Part shown: positions 10,823 to 18,991 of the stretch, in pieces | Layout of the letters: each line of letters starts with the position of its first letter | Numbering within the stretch: position 1 is the first letter of the stretch | Source: Gemmatimonadota bacterium | GTDB lineage: Bacteria; Gemmatimonadota; Gemmatimonadetes; Gemmatimonadales; GWC2-71-9 | Direction: 5' to 3' | Assembly: GCA_039591655.1 (NCBI GenBank) | Contig: JBDHDE010000026.1 | Span: forward strand, 1 to 36,365 | DNA: 36,365 nt | The notes under the pieces: model-generated | What the model was told of the DNA's origin: nothing | What the model saw: the letters and a program-made list of their open reading frames with translations, nothing else | Database searches by the model: none | Program-made: the position numbers and the translations under genes

Positions 10823-11386
10823 ATGAACGTCATTCTGCTCGGCCCCCCGGGTTCCGGGAAAGGAACTCAGGGGGCTCTCTTGTCGGAGCGCTCCGGCTTG
10901 CCCAGGGTGTCAACGGGCGACCTGCTGCGGAGCGCCGCCGCCCGGGGGACGTCGCTCGGCCAGCAGGCGAAGCAGTACATGGACAACGGCCTGCTCGTTC
11001 CGGACGAGATCATCCTGGGACTCATCGAGGAAGTGCTGGCGTCACCGGAGGCGGCGCGCGGGATCATCATGGACGGGTTTCCCAGGACGGTTGCCCAGGC
11101 GGAAGCGGTGGACGGCCTTCTCGCCCAGCGGAGTGAAGGGGTAGACCGGGTCCTGTCGATCGATGTGCCGGAGAAGGAGCTCGTGCGGCGACTCCTGGGA
11201 CGGGCACGGAAAGAGGGCCGTACGGACGACACGGAGGAGACGATCCAACAGCGTCTCGCCGTGTACCGGGAACAAACGGAGCCTCTGATATCGTACTACA
11301 GGGACCGTAGCCTGCTGGTGGACGTTCCGGGCACGGGGAGTGTCGAGGAGATTGCCGACCGGATGGAGGAGGCGCTGCAGGCGTGA
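10823..11386 (+). CDS. adk: Adenylate kinase, short (LID-less) type
   Basis: GPPGSGKGTQ P-loop, STGDLLR, DGFPRT, GRTDD; 187 aa. Confidence 0.96.
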   Translation: MNVILLGPPGSGKGTQGALLSERSGLPRVSTGDLLRSAAARGTSLGQQAKQYMDNGLLVPDEIILGLIEEVLASPEAARGIIMDGFPRTVAQAEAVDGLLAQRSEGVDRVLSIDVPEKELVRRLLGRARKEGRTDDTEETIQQRLAVYREQTEPLISYYRDRSLLVDVPGTGSVEEIADRMEEALQA

Positions 11387-12153
11387 TCACGATCAAGTCC
11401 CCGCGCGAGATCGAGACCATGGCGGCGGCCGGGAAGATCCTGGCCGAGGCACTGGCGCTGGTGGCGAACCGTGTCGAGCCCGGCGTGAGCACCGCCGTGC
11501 TGGACGAGTTCGCCGAGGAGTTTATCCGGAGCCATCCGGGTGCCCGTCCCTCATTCAAGGGGCTGTACGACTTCCCTGCGTCGCTCTGTACGTCCATCAA
11601 CCACGAGATCGTACACGGCATTCCGTCCCATGAGCGTGTCCTCGAGGACGGCGACATCATCAGTATCGACTGCGGCGTCTGGCTCGACGGGTTGCACGCG
11701 GACTCCGCCACGACGGTGAGCGTCGGCGAGGTGGGGGAGGACGTTGGGCGCCTGCTTCGCGTGACGCGGGAGGCACTGGAGGCCGGCATTCTCGCGGCGG
11801 TGGCGGGCAACCACGTGGGCGACATCGGCCACGCCGTCCAGCGGGTTGCCGAGGGCGCCGGCTACTCAGTCGTGCGGGAACTGGTGGGCCACGGCATCGG
11901 CGCTAGCTTTCACGAGGAGCCGCAGGTCCCCAACTACGGCAAGCGCAAGCGGGGCCCGCGCCTCGCAGCGGGAATGACCCTCGCCATCGAGCCGATGGTG
12001 AATGCCGGGCGCCCGGAGATCCGTACCCTGGACGACAAGTGGACGGTGGTGACCGCCGATGGTTCACGCTCGGCCCACTTCGAGCACACGGTGGTCATCG
12101 CGCCTGACAGGCCGCGGATCCTCACCCCCGTCCCGGAGGCGGCGACGGCCTGA
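11383..12153 (+). CDS. map: Methionine aminopeptidase type I
   Basis: VHGIP, DIISIDCG, GHGIG..FHEEP, AIEPM, AHFEHT motifs. Confidence 0.97.
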   Translation: MITIKSPREIETMAAAGKILAEALALVANRVEPGVSTAVLDEFAEEFIRSHPGARPSFKGLYDFPASLCTSINHEIVHGIPSHERVLEDGDIISIDCGVWLDGLHADSATTVSVGEVGEDVGRLLRVTREALEAGILAAVAGNHVGDIGHAVQRVAEGAGYSVVRELVGHGIGASFHEEPQVPNYGKRKRGPRLAAGMTLAIEPMVNAGRPEIRTLDDKWTVVTADGSRSAHFEHTVVIAPDRPRILTPVPEAATA

Positions 12154-12189
12154 CCGTCGGGAGCTTGCGGCGCCTTCCCCGCCACGGGG

Positions 12190-12975
12190 CTACTCACGCA
12201 GCACCGAGAGCAACCATTCGTGAATCGCCGGGTTACCGGCGACGAAGGCCCCGTGGCGCACGATGTCGCTCCCGCCGTCGAGATCGGTCACCACCCCGCC
12301 GGCCTCCCGCAGTATGAGCGCCCCCGCCGCGACATCCCACGGCGCCAGGTGCAGCTCCCAGAATCCGTCGAAGCGGCCTTGCGCGAGGTCCGCGAAGTCG
12401 AGGGAGGCGGCGCCCGCCCGCCGAATACCGCTGGTGCGGTGGAGGATGGTGGTGAACTGTCGCAGGTACTGCGGCAGCAGGTCGAGGACCTTGAAGGGAA
12501 AGCCGGTTCCGATGAGCGCTAGGGTGGGGTCGGCCACCTGCGAGACCTCGAGCCGGCGGTCCCCCAGCCAAGCCCCGCCGCCCGCAGTCGCGTGGTACAC
12601 CAGGTTCGCGGCCACGTCCACCACGACCCCCGCGGCGAGCTCACCGTCCGCGACTGCCGCCACGCTCACGCCGTAGGCCGGGTAGCGGTGCAGGTAGTTG
12701 GTGGTGCCGTCCAGGGGATCCACCACCCACACGAGTCCGGTGCCGGGAGCCTCCGGGGAGAGCTCCTCGCCTAGCACGACCGAGTCGGGGGCGCCCTCCC
12801 GCAGCAGGTCGCCGATGATGACTTCGGCCTCGCGGTCCACGCGGGTGACGAAGTCGCTCACCCCCTTGAGCCCCCATTCGGCGGGGTCGGTGGGGCGGGC
12901 GACCGAGCGTATGTGCTCGGCTCCGCGCTCGGCCGCCGTCGTGGCGAGGCGCAGTAAGTGTCGGTAATCAATCAC
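12190..12975 (-). CDS. suhB: Inositol monophosphatase family protein (SuhB-like)
   Basis: GEE, WVVDPLDGTTNY, WDVAAG motifs. Confidence 0.88.
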   Translation of the reverse strand: MIDYRHLLRLATTAAERGAEHIRSVARPTDPAEWGLKGVSDFVTRVDREAEVIIGDLLREGAPDSVVLGEELSPEAPGTGLVWVVDPLDGTTNYLHRYPAYGVSVAAVADGELAAGVVVDVAANLVYHATAGGGAWLGDRRLEVSQVADPTLALIGTGFPFKVLDLLPQYLRQFTTILHRTSGIRRAGAASLDFADLAQGRFDGFWELHLAPWDVAAGALILREAGGVVTDLDGGSDIVRHGAFVAGNPAIHEWLLSVLRE

Positions 12976-12976
12976 C

Positions 12977-13005
12977 TTGCGGTCCCTCTAGTGGGTCCAT
13001 AGCTT
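12977..13005 (+). promoter_or_regulatory. Putative sigma70 promoter for trpS (leaderless transcript)
   Basis: TTGCGG (12977-82), 17 bp, TAGCTT (13000-05); ATG begins 7 nt downstream; no Shine-Dalgarno. Confidence 0.6.
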
Positions 13006-13011
13006 GCGGCC

Positions 13012-14019
13012 ATGGCAACAGTCTTCTCGGGCATTCAGCCTTCCGGTGAGCTGCACATCGGCAACTACCTCGGGGCGGTCAAGAACTGGGTGCCTCTGCA
13101 GGAGGAGCACGAGTGCTTCTTCTGTATCGTCGACTACCACGCCATCACGCAGGATTACGAGAGGGATCTTCTGTCGCGCCACACATTCGACATGGCTGTG
13201 GGCCTCATGGCGGCGGGGCTCGATCCGGAGCGCTGTGTGCTGTTCGTGCAGTCGCACGTGACCGAGCACACCGAGCTCGCGTGGCTGTTCAATACGGTGA
13301 CGCCGCTCGGTGAGCTCGAGCGGATGACGCAATTTAAGGACAAGGCGCAGCGGCAAGAAAGCATCCTCGCAGGCCTGTTGAACTACCCGGTGCTGCAGGC
13401 CGCCGACATCCTGCTCTACAAGGGCGAGATCGTGCCGGTGGGCGAAGACCAGGTGCAGCACATCGAGCTGACCAGGGAGATAGCCCGGAAGTGGAACAGC
13501 CGCTACGGCGCCTACTTCCCGGAGCCGGCGGCGAAGGTGGTGGTGGGGCAAGCCCGGCGGATTCTCGGACTCGACGGGCAGAGCAAGATGTCCAAGAGCC
13601 TCGGCAACACCATCGGTATCCTCGAGGAGCCCGACGGTATCTGGCAGCTGCTGCGCCCCGCGGTGACCGATCCGGCACGGGTCACCAAGAAGGATCCGGG
13701 CAACCCCGAGGTCTGCAATCTCTACAGCCTGCACCGACACTTCTCTTCCCAGGCCACGGTGGACGAGGTAGCCGAGAAGTGCCGCACCGCCGGCTGGGGC
13801 TGTCTCGACTGCAAGCGGGTGCTGGCGGATAACATGGTGGCCGAGCTCGCACCGATGAGGGAGCGCGCAGCCGAGCTGAAGAGCCGGCCGGACGTCGTTC
13901 ACGAGATCCTGGCGGCCGGCGCCGCCCGCGCCCGGGCCGTCGCGGTCGATACGCTGCGCGATGTGCGCGAGCGGATGGGACTGCTCGCCCCGCACGTGGA
14001 GGTACCGTCGAAGGCATGA
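13012..14019 (+). CDS. trpS: Tryptophan--tRNA ligase
   Basis: SGIQPSGELHIGN (HIGH), YPVLQAADIL, VGEDQ, KMSKS. Confidence 0.97.
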   Translation: MATVFSGIQPSGELHIGNYLGAVKNWVPLQEEHECFFCIVDYHAITQDYERDLLSRHTFDMAVGLMAAGLDPERCVLFVQSHVTEHTELAWLFNTVTPLGELERMTQFKDKAQRQESILAGLLNYPVLQAADILLYKGEIVPVGEDQVQHIELTREIARKWNSRYGAYFPEPAAKVVVGQARRILGLDGQSKMSKSLGNTIGILEEPDGIWQLLRPAVTDPARVTKKDPGNPEVCNLYSLHRHFSSQATVDEVAEKCRTAGWGCLDCKRVLADNMVAELAPMRERAAELKSRPDVVHEILAAGAARARAVAVDTLRDVRERMGLLAPHVEVPSKA

Positions 14020-14687
14020 GCGGCATCTGGCCCGAGATCGTCCGTGACCTGCGGCTCGATCTCCTGTGGGCGCTCGTCATGGCCGTTGTGCTCGGGGGGG
14101 CGATCGGGTTCGAGCGGGAGCTGCGCGGCAAGGCGGCGGGTCTGCGCACCAACATCCTCATCTGCGTCGGCGCGACGCTCTTCACCCAACTCTCGATCTA
14201 CGTCGCGGGGCCCGGCGGCGATCCCGGCCGGATTGCCGCCCAGATCGTCACCGGTGTCGGCTTCATCGGCGCCGGCACGATCCTGCACAGCCGGGGGCAC
14301 ATCAGCGGTCTCACCAGTGCGGCAACCATCTGGCTCGTGGCGGCAATCGGCGTCGCCGTCGGGGCCGGTGCGATCCTCGAGGCCACCGGTGCTACCCTCC
14401 TGGTGGTGCTCGTCCTGGGGCTCCTGGGAGGTCTCGAGCGGTACCTGACCCATCGTGGCGGCGTGAGTCGGGTGACGCTGGAGGTGGAGCCGACCGCCGA
14501 AGCCGTGGCGGACATCGAGCGCATCGTGCGCAACGCCGGGCTGGAGGTCGAGGAGCTGCGCTCCGAGCGGCAAGAGGACCGCCTCATAGTACAGATCTCC
14601 ATGAGCGGACCGGCGCGCCTGCATGACGCGGTCCGACTCAAGCTCCTGCGAACCTCGGGCGCGTACACACTGTCCATCGACGAGTGA
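14016..14687 (+). CDS. MgtC/SapB family membrane protein
   Basis: IGFERE...AGLRT, RIAAQIVTGVGFIGAG, GLTSAATIW motifs. Confidence 0.92.
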   Translation: MSGIWPEIVRDLRLDLLWALVMAVVLGGAIGFERELRGKAAGLRTNILICVGATLFTQLSIYVAGPGGDPGRIAAQIVTGVGFIGAGTILHSRGHISGLTSAATIWLVAAIGVAVGAGAILEATGATLLVVLVLGLLGGLERYLTHRGGVSRVTLEVEPTAEAVADIERIVRNAGLEVEELRSERQEDRLIVQISMSGPARLHDAVRLKLLRTSGAYTLSIDE

Positions 14688-15712
14688 GACGCGCCGTCGT
14701 CGATCTCGCCTCGCCGCGACCGGTCTGGCGCATCCCCCTGCAGTCCGTCGTGGCCATCCGCCGAGCCCTTGGTCGAGGGTGGCAGATCGTGAATGTGGAT
14801 GCCGCAGCGGTGAGTGACGGCGACGGCGCGGTGGGCTCGCGAGCAGCCGCGGACGCGGCACGGGGGGCGGAGCTCTACTTCGGTTGGGGGGTGCCCCCGG
14901 CGGTCGCGCAGGCCGCGGCGGGCTCCCTGCGCTGGGCCCACTCCGGAGCCGCGGGTGTACGGGCGAGCCTCACGCCGGAGCTGCTGGCCTCCGGCGCCCG
15001 GCTCACCAACTCGCGCGGCGTGAACGCCGAGCCCATGGCCGACTGGGCCGTCGGCGCCGTCACGTTTTGCGTCCGTGGGTTCCATGCAGCGGTTGCGTCG
15101 CAGCGTGAGCACCGTTGGGCGCGGGACGAGTTCACCAATGGGGCGGTCCCGCTGCGCGAGCTGTCCGACACCCGTGTGGGCGTCGTGGGCTTGGGCGGCA
15201 TCGGCCGGGCCGTGGCGCGTCGCTGCGCAGCGCTCGGTATGGAGGTACGGGGCGTGCGGCGCCACCCGGACCGGCGCCGCCCGGCCGGCGTGCAGTGGGT
15301 GGGAGGGCCCCGGGACCTCGTGCGGCTCGCCCGGTGGAGCCATGTGCTGGTGATCGCTGCGCCGCAGACGCCCGAGACCCGGCGCGTGGTGGACGCTGAG
15401 GTGCTCGGCGCTCTGGCGCCCGGCGGCTTCATCGTGAGCCTCGCCCGCGGGGCGTTGCTGGACGAGGAGGCCCTCTTGGCACACCTTGAGCGGGGAAGTG
15501 TGGCGGGATGCGTGTTGGACGTCTTCGCGGCGGAGCCGTTGCCGGCGGATCACCCGTTCTGGGATCATCCCCGGGTGTTACTGACCCCGCACGTGAGCGC
15601 GGTGTCGGAGCGGTTCTGGGAGCGAGAGATGGCGTTGATCGTTGAGAACATCGGCCGCTATCTGTCGGGCCGGCGCCTCAAGAACCTGGTGGACCCAGAG
15701 GTCGGCTACTAG
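14684..15712 (+). CDS. D-2-hydroxyacid dehydrogenase family protein
   Basis: GLGGIG Rossmann motif, ARG..LDE, LDVF..EP, TPHVS catalytic His. Confidence 0.9.
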   Translation: MRRAVVDLASPRPVWRIPLQSVVAIRRALGRGWQIVNVDAAAVSDGDGAVGSRAAADAARGAELYFGWGVPPAVAQAAAGSLRWAHSGAAGVRASLTPELLASGARLTNSRGVNAEPMADWAVGAVTFCVRGFHAAVASQREHRWARDEFTNGAVPLRELSDTRVGVVGLGGIGRAVARRCAALGMEVRGVRRHPDRRRPAGVQWVGGPRDLVRLARWSHVLVIAAPQTPETRRVVDAEVLGALAPGGFIVSLARGALLDEEALLAHLERGSVAGCVLDVFAAEPLPADHPFWDHPRVLLTPHVSAVSERFWEREMALIVENIGRYLSGRRLKNLVDPEVGY

Positions 15713-15715
15713 CGT

Positions 15716-16906
15716 ATGGAGAACATCATCAAGGCCGCGGTCGAGCGTGGCGCGTCGGACATCCACATCAAGGCCGGCGACGTGTTCCGCGCACGCATCG
15801 ACGGCAAGCTCGTGCCGCTCACCAAGCAGCGGCTCACGCCCGACCAGACCAAGGCCATCGCCGCCAAGCTCGTTCCGGTCGAGGCGGACCGCCGACAGCT
15901 CGATCAGATCCGGGATTACGACTGCTCGTGGGGGTCGGCGGGGATCGGGCGCTTCCGGGTCAACATCCTGCGCCAGCGTTCGTCGTTCATGGTGGTGATG
16001 CGGGTGATCCCCTTCGAGGTGCCCTCGATCGAGCGGCTGGGGTTGCCCGCCGTGCTCCACCATATCGCCGAGATGGAGCGAGGCATAATCCTGGTGAGCG
16101 GGGCCACCGGGAGCGGGAAGAGCTCCACGATGGCGGCGCTGGTCAATCACATCAACCAGACGATGAACCGGCACATCGTCACCCTCGAGAACCCCATCGA
16201 GTTCCTGCATCGGGATCTCAACAGCTCGGTCACCCAACGGGAGGTTGGGCCGGATACACAGAGCTTTGCCGTGGGTCTGCGTGCGGCCCTGCGCCAAGAT
16301 CCCGACGTGGTTCTGCTCGACGAGATGAACGATGTGGAGAACCTGGACTTGGCGCTGACCGCGGCGGAAACGGGACACCTGCTCATCTCGACGCTACACA
16401 CGCCCGACGCCATGTCGACCGTGGCGCGGATCGTGGGGATGTTCGCCTCCGAGGAGCAGGAGGTCGCACGCGTCCGCCTGGCGGACGCACTGCAGGCCGT
16501 GGTTGCCCAGCGCCTCCTTCCCCGGGCCGATGGAGGGGGCCGCTGCGCCGCCGTGGAGGTTCTGATCGGCACACCCGAGATCCGCGAGTGCGTGCGGGAC
16601 CGCAATCGGGTGGGGGAGATCAGGGACGTGATCGAGGCGTGGCAGGAAGAGCACGGGATGCAGAGCATGGAACAGCATCTTGCGTTGCTGGTGGCCGACG
16701 GGACCGTCACGTTCGAGACGGCGCGGGGAGCGGCGCTCGATCCGGATCACTTCGAGGAACTGCTCGAGGCCATGCTGGAAGATGGAGGCGAGGAGGAGGA
16801 TGAAGAGCCCGCGGACCCGCGGAAGCGTGGCGGGGCCGGGTCCAGCAAGGCGAAGGGTAAGAAGAAGGCGAAGTCGGAAGGGGGCGGCGAGGAAGAGAAG
16901 GAATGA
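15716..16906 (+). CDS. PilT/PilU-family ATPase with divergent Walker B region and charged tail
   Basis: GASDIHI, GRFRVN, GATGSGKSST, ALRQDPDV, TGHLLISTLHT. Confidence 0.9.
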   Translation: MENIIKAAVERGASDIHIKAGDVFRARIDGKLVPLTKQRLTPDQTKAIAAKLVPVEADRRQLDQIRDYDCSWGSAGIGRFRVNILRQRSSFMVVMRVIPFEVPSIERLGLPAVLHHIAEMERGIILVSGATGSGKSSTMAALVNHINQTMNRHIVTLENPIEFLHRDLNSSVTQREVGPDTQSFAVGLRAALRQDPDVVLLDEMNDVENLDLALTAAETGHLLISTLHTPDAMSTVARIVGMFASEEQEVARVRLADALQAVVAQRLLPRADGGGRCAAVEVLIGTPEIRECVRDRNRVGEIRDVIEAWQEEHGMQSMEQHLALLVADGTVTFETARGAALDPDHFEELLEAMLEDGGEEEDEEPADPRKRGGAGSSKAKGKKKAKSEGGGEEEKE

Positions 16907-17799
16907 GTCGCCGACCCGGAGGGTTGTTGGTGCCGCTGACGACCCCCTTCGATCCCGCAACGGGAGATGTCGCGCCGGTCCTGCTGCGGGAGAACGCGCG
17001 GGCCGTCCTGACCGCGGGGGCCACCGGTGTGGTGGCGGCGGGGTCCACGGGCGAGGCGTCCCTGCTGTCCGAGGAAGAGTATCGCCAGGTCCTGGGCTGG
17101 CTGCGGGACGTGGTGCCCAGCGAGAGCTGGCTCATAGGTGGAGCCGGTCGTGAGTCGACCCGCGGCACTGTGGCTGCGTGTCGTGCGGCGGGTGACGAGG
17201 GTGCCGACGCGGTGTTGGTCCGGGCGCCGAGCTACTACGCGCCGGTGCTCACGCCGGCGGGCCTGGTGGAGCACTTCCGGCGTGTCGCCGACGGCTCTCC
17301 CATTCCGGTCATCCTGTACAACTTCCCCAAGTACACCCACGTGCCCCTGAGTGAAGCACTGGTGGCTGCGTTGGAGAGCCACGAGAACGTCTGGGGCATC
17401 AAGGATTCCTCGGGCGACCTCAAGAACCTCGCCGCGTATCGCGACGCCGCTCCGTCGTGGGCGGTGCTGGTTGGCTCGGGGGCGCTGTTCTACGCGGCCC
17501 TGGAGCTCGGCGCGGCCGGAGCGGTCGCTGCCGTGGGCTGCTTCGCCGCCGGGGCGACGGTGGCCATCGGAACGGCTTTCGAGGCCGGCGACCGCAAGGC
17601 TGCCGGCGCGGCGCAGGAGCGGGTGGCGCCGCTGCACCGGGAGATCGTGACCCGCCGAGGCGTGCCGGGCGTGAAGGCGGCGATGGATCTGCTGGGGCTG
17701 CCGGGGGGTCCGGTCCGCCTGCCGCTGTCCGATCTCGGGGAGCGGGACCGGAGACAGCTGGCCGAGCTCCTCGCCCGGGCGGACCTCGCCGCCGCCTGA
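16903..17799 (+). CDS. DapA/NAL-family class I aldolase, probably not DHDPS
   Basis: GSTGE, LYNFP, GIKDSSG Schiff-base lysine. Confidence 0.88.
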   Translation: MSRRPGGLLVPLTTPFDPATGDVAPVLLRENARAVLTAGATGVVAAGSTGEASLLSEEEYRQVLGWLRDVVPSESWLIGGAGRESTRGTVAACRAAGDEGADAVLVRAPSYYAPVLTPAGLVEHFRRVADGSPIPVILYNFPKYTHVPLSEALVAALESHENVWGIKDSSGDLKNLAAYRDAAPSWAVLVGSGALFYAALELGAAGAVAAVGCFAAGATVAIGTAFEAGDRKAAGAAQERVAPLHREIVTRRGVPGVKAAMDLLGLPGGPVRLPLSDLGERDRRQLAELLARADLAAA

Positions 17800-17800
17800 C

Positions 17801-18898
17801 GTGCCACCGGCCTGGGCCGGGGAGCTGATCGCCCGCATCGCGGTGCCCCGCCTGCCGGGCTCCAAGGCGTTGAATCAGGTGGAGCAGATCATCGCCGAAC
17901 GGCTCGCCGCCATGGGCTACGCCGTCGCCCGCCAGCCGTTTGCCGCCTCGGCACGGCGCCTCACCGCGGTCGCCGTGGGCGGGGCCGCCCTGGGATGGTC
18001 AACCCTCGGCATCGCTCCGCTGCTCATGCTCCCGTTTCCCGCATGGCCCGCGGTGCTGGTGGGTGCCGCCGCCCTAGGGCTGGCAGGACTTCTGGTGTGG
18101 GGTGTGGCGGCGGGTCGCCTCCCCGTCGGCGGACCCGAGGTGGCTGTCGCCAACCTGGTGGCGACGCGGGGCGCCGTGACACTCTGGCTGGTGGCGCACG
18201 CCGACAGCAAGGCACAGCGCTTCTCGCTGGCGGGCCGGGTGCTGGCGGTGGCCGCAGCCGGGATCGGCACGCTGGGGCTGGCGGCGCTACTAGCTGGGCG
18301 GCTCGCCGGGCCGGTCCCGTGGTGGGCGGCTCTGCCGGTGGCCGCAGTGGCGCTCTTGGGGGGTGCCGCCCTCTCACTCGGAGCGCCGCAGGATCGCTCA
18401 CCGGGCGCGGTGGACAACGCCAGCGGTGTGGTGGCGGCGCTGGTGGCTGCCGAGCAGCTCCGCGATCGGGCGGACGTGGGCGTGCTCATTACCAGCGCCG
18501 AAGAGTTCGGGATGCTCGGCGCCGAGGCCTGGGTCCGGGGGGGTGGCAGCGGGGGAACGTTCATCAACTTCGACGGCGTGGATTCCCGCGGCGCCTACCG
18601 GCTGCAGCTGCACCCAACCCGGCGCTCGGCACGGGCCGTGGCGTTACGTGGCGCCCTCCAGGTGGCCCTCGCGGCTACCGGCCATCGGGTGGTCACTGCG
18701 CGGCTCCCCATGGGCACCTTCGTCGATGGGGCCGTGCTGGCCCGAGCCGACATGCCCGGCGTCACTCTGAGCCGCGGTGATTGGGTGACCCTCGGGGTGG
18801 TGCATACGCCCCGGGACGAGGCGGCCCGGCTGGACCCCGCCGCGGCCGTTGTTGCGGGTGAAGCGGCCGCCGCCGCGACCCGGCGCCTGCTTGGTTGA
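17801..18898 (+). CDS. Membrane-embedded M28-family metallopeptidase
   Basis: AHADS, GAVDNASG, AEEFG, NFDG, VHTPRD metal-ligand motifs; two hydrophobic helical hairpins. Confidence 0.8.
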   Translation: MPPAWAGELIARIAVPRLPGSKALNQVEQIIAERLAAMGYAVARQPFAASARRLTAVAVGGAALGWSTLGIAPLLMLPFPAWPAVLVGAAALGLAGLLVWGVAAGRLPVGGPEVAVANLVATRGAVTLWLVAHADSKAQRFSLAGRVLAVAAAGIGTLGLAALLAGRLAGPVPWWAALPVAAVALLGGAALSLGAPQDRSPGAVDNASGVVAALVAAEQLRDRADVGVLITSAEEFGMLGAEAWVRGGGSGGTFINFDGVDSRGAYRLQLHPTRRSARAVALRGALQVALAATGHRVVTARLPMGTFVDGAVLARADMPGVTLSRGDWVTLGVVHTPRDEAARLDPAAAVVAGEAAAAATRRLLG

Positions 18899-18923
18899 CG
18901 GGCTCTCGTTCCTCGGATAGCTT
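18895..18923 (+). promoter_or_regulatory. Putative sigma70 promoter upstream of purA
   Basis: TTGACG (18895-900), 17 bp, TAGCTT (18918-23). Confidence 0.6.
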
Positions 18924-18935
18924 GCGTCAAAGGAT

Positions 18936-18964
18936 GCCCACCGGGACCCCGGGGGGCTTTTTTT
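18936..18964 (+). terminator. Intrinsic terminator-like hairpin between the M28 gene and purA
   Basis: GCCC-A-CCGG / loop GACC / CCGG-G-GGGC followed by T7. Confidence 0.7.
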
Positions 18965-18991
18965 GTGTGTGTGACCAGGAGACGGAGCGTT

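Noticed and set aside
185..12000. Many long antisense and alternate-frame ORFs over ribosomal genes (e.g. 1925-3331, 4067-5143, 5864-6931)
   Set aside because: Shadow ORFs expected from high GC3 codon bias; no recognisable motifs and they fully overlap confidently identified genes
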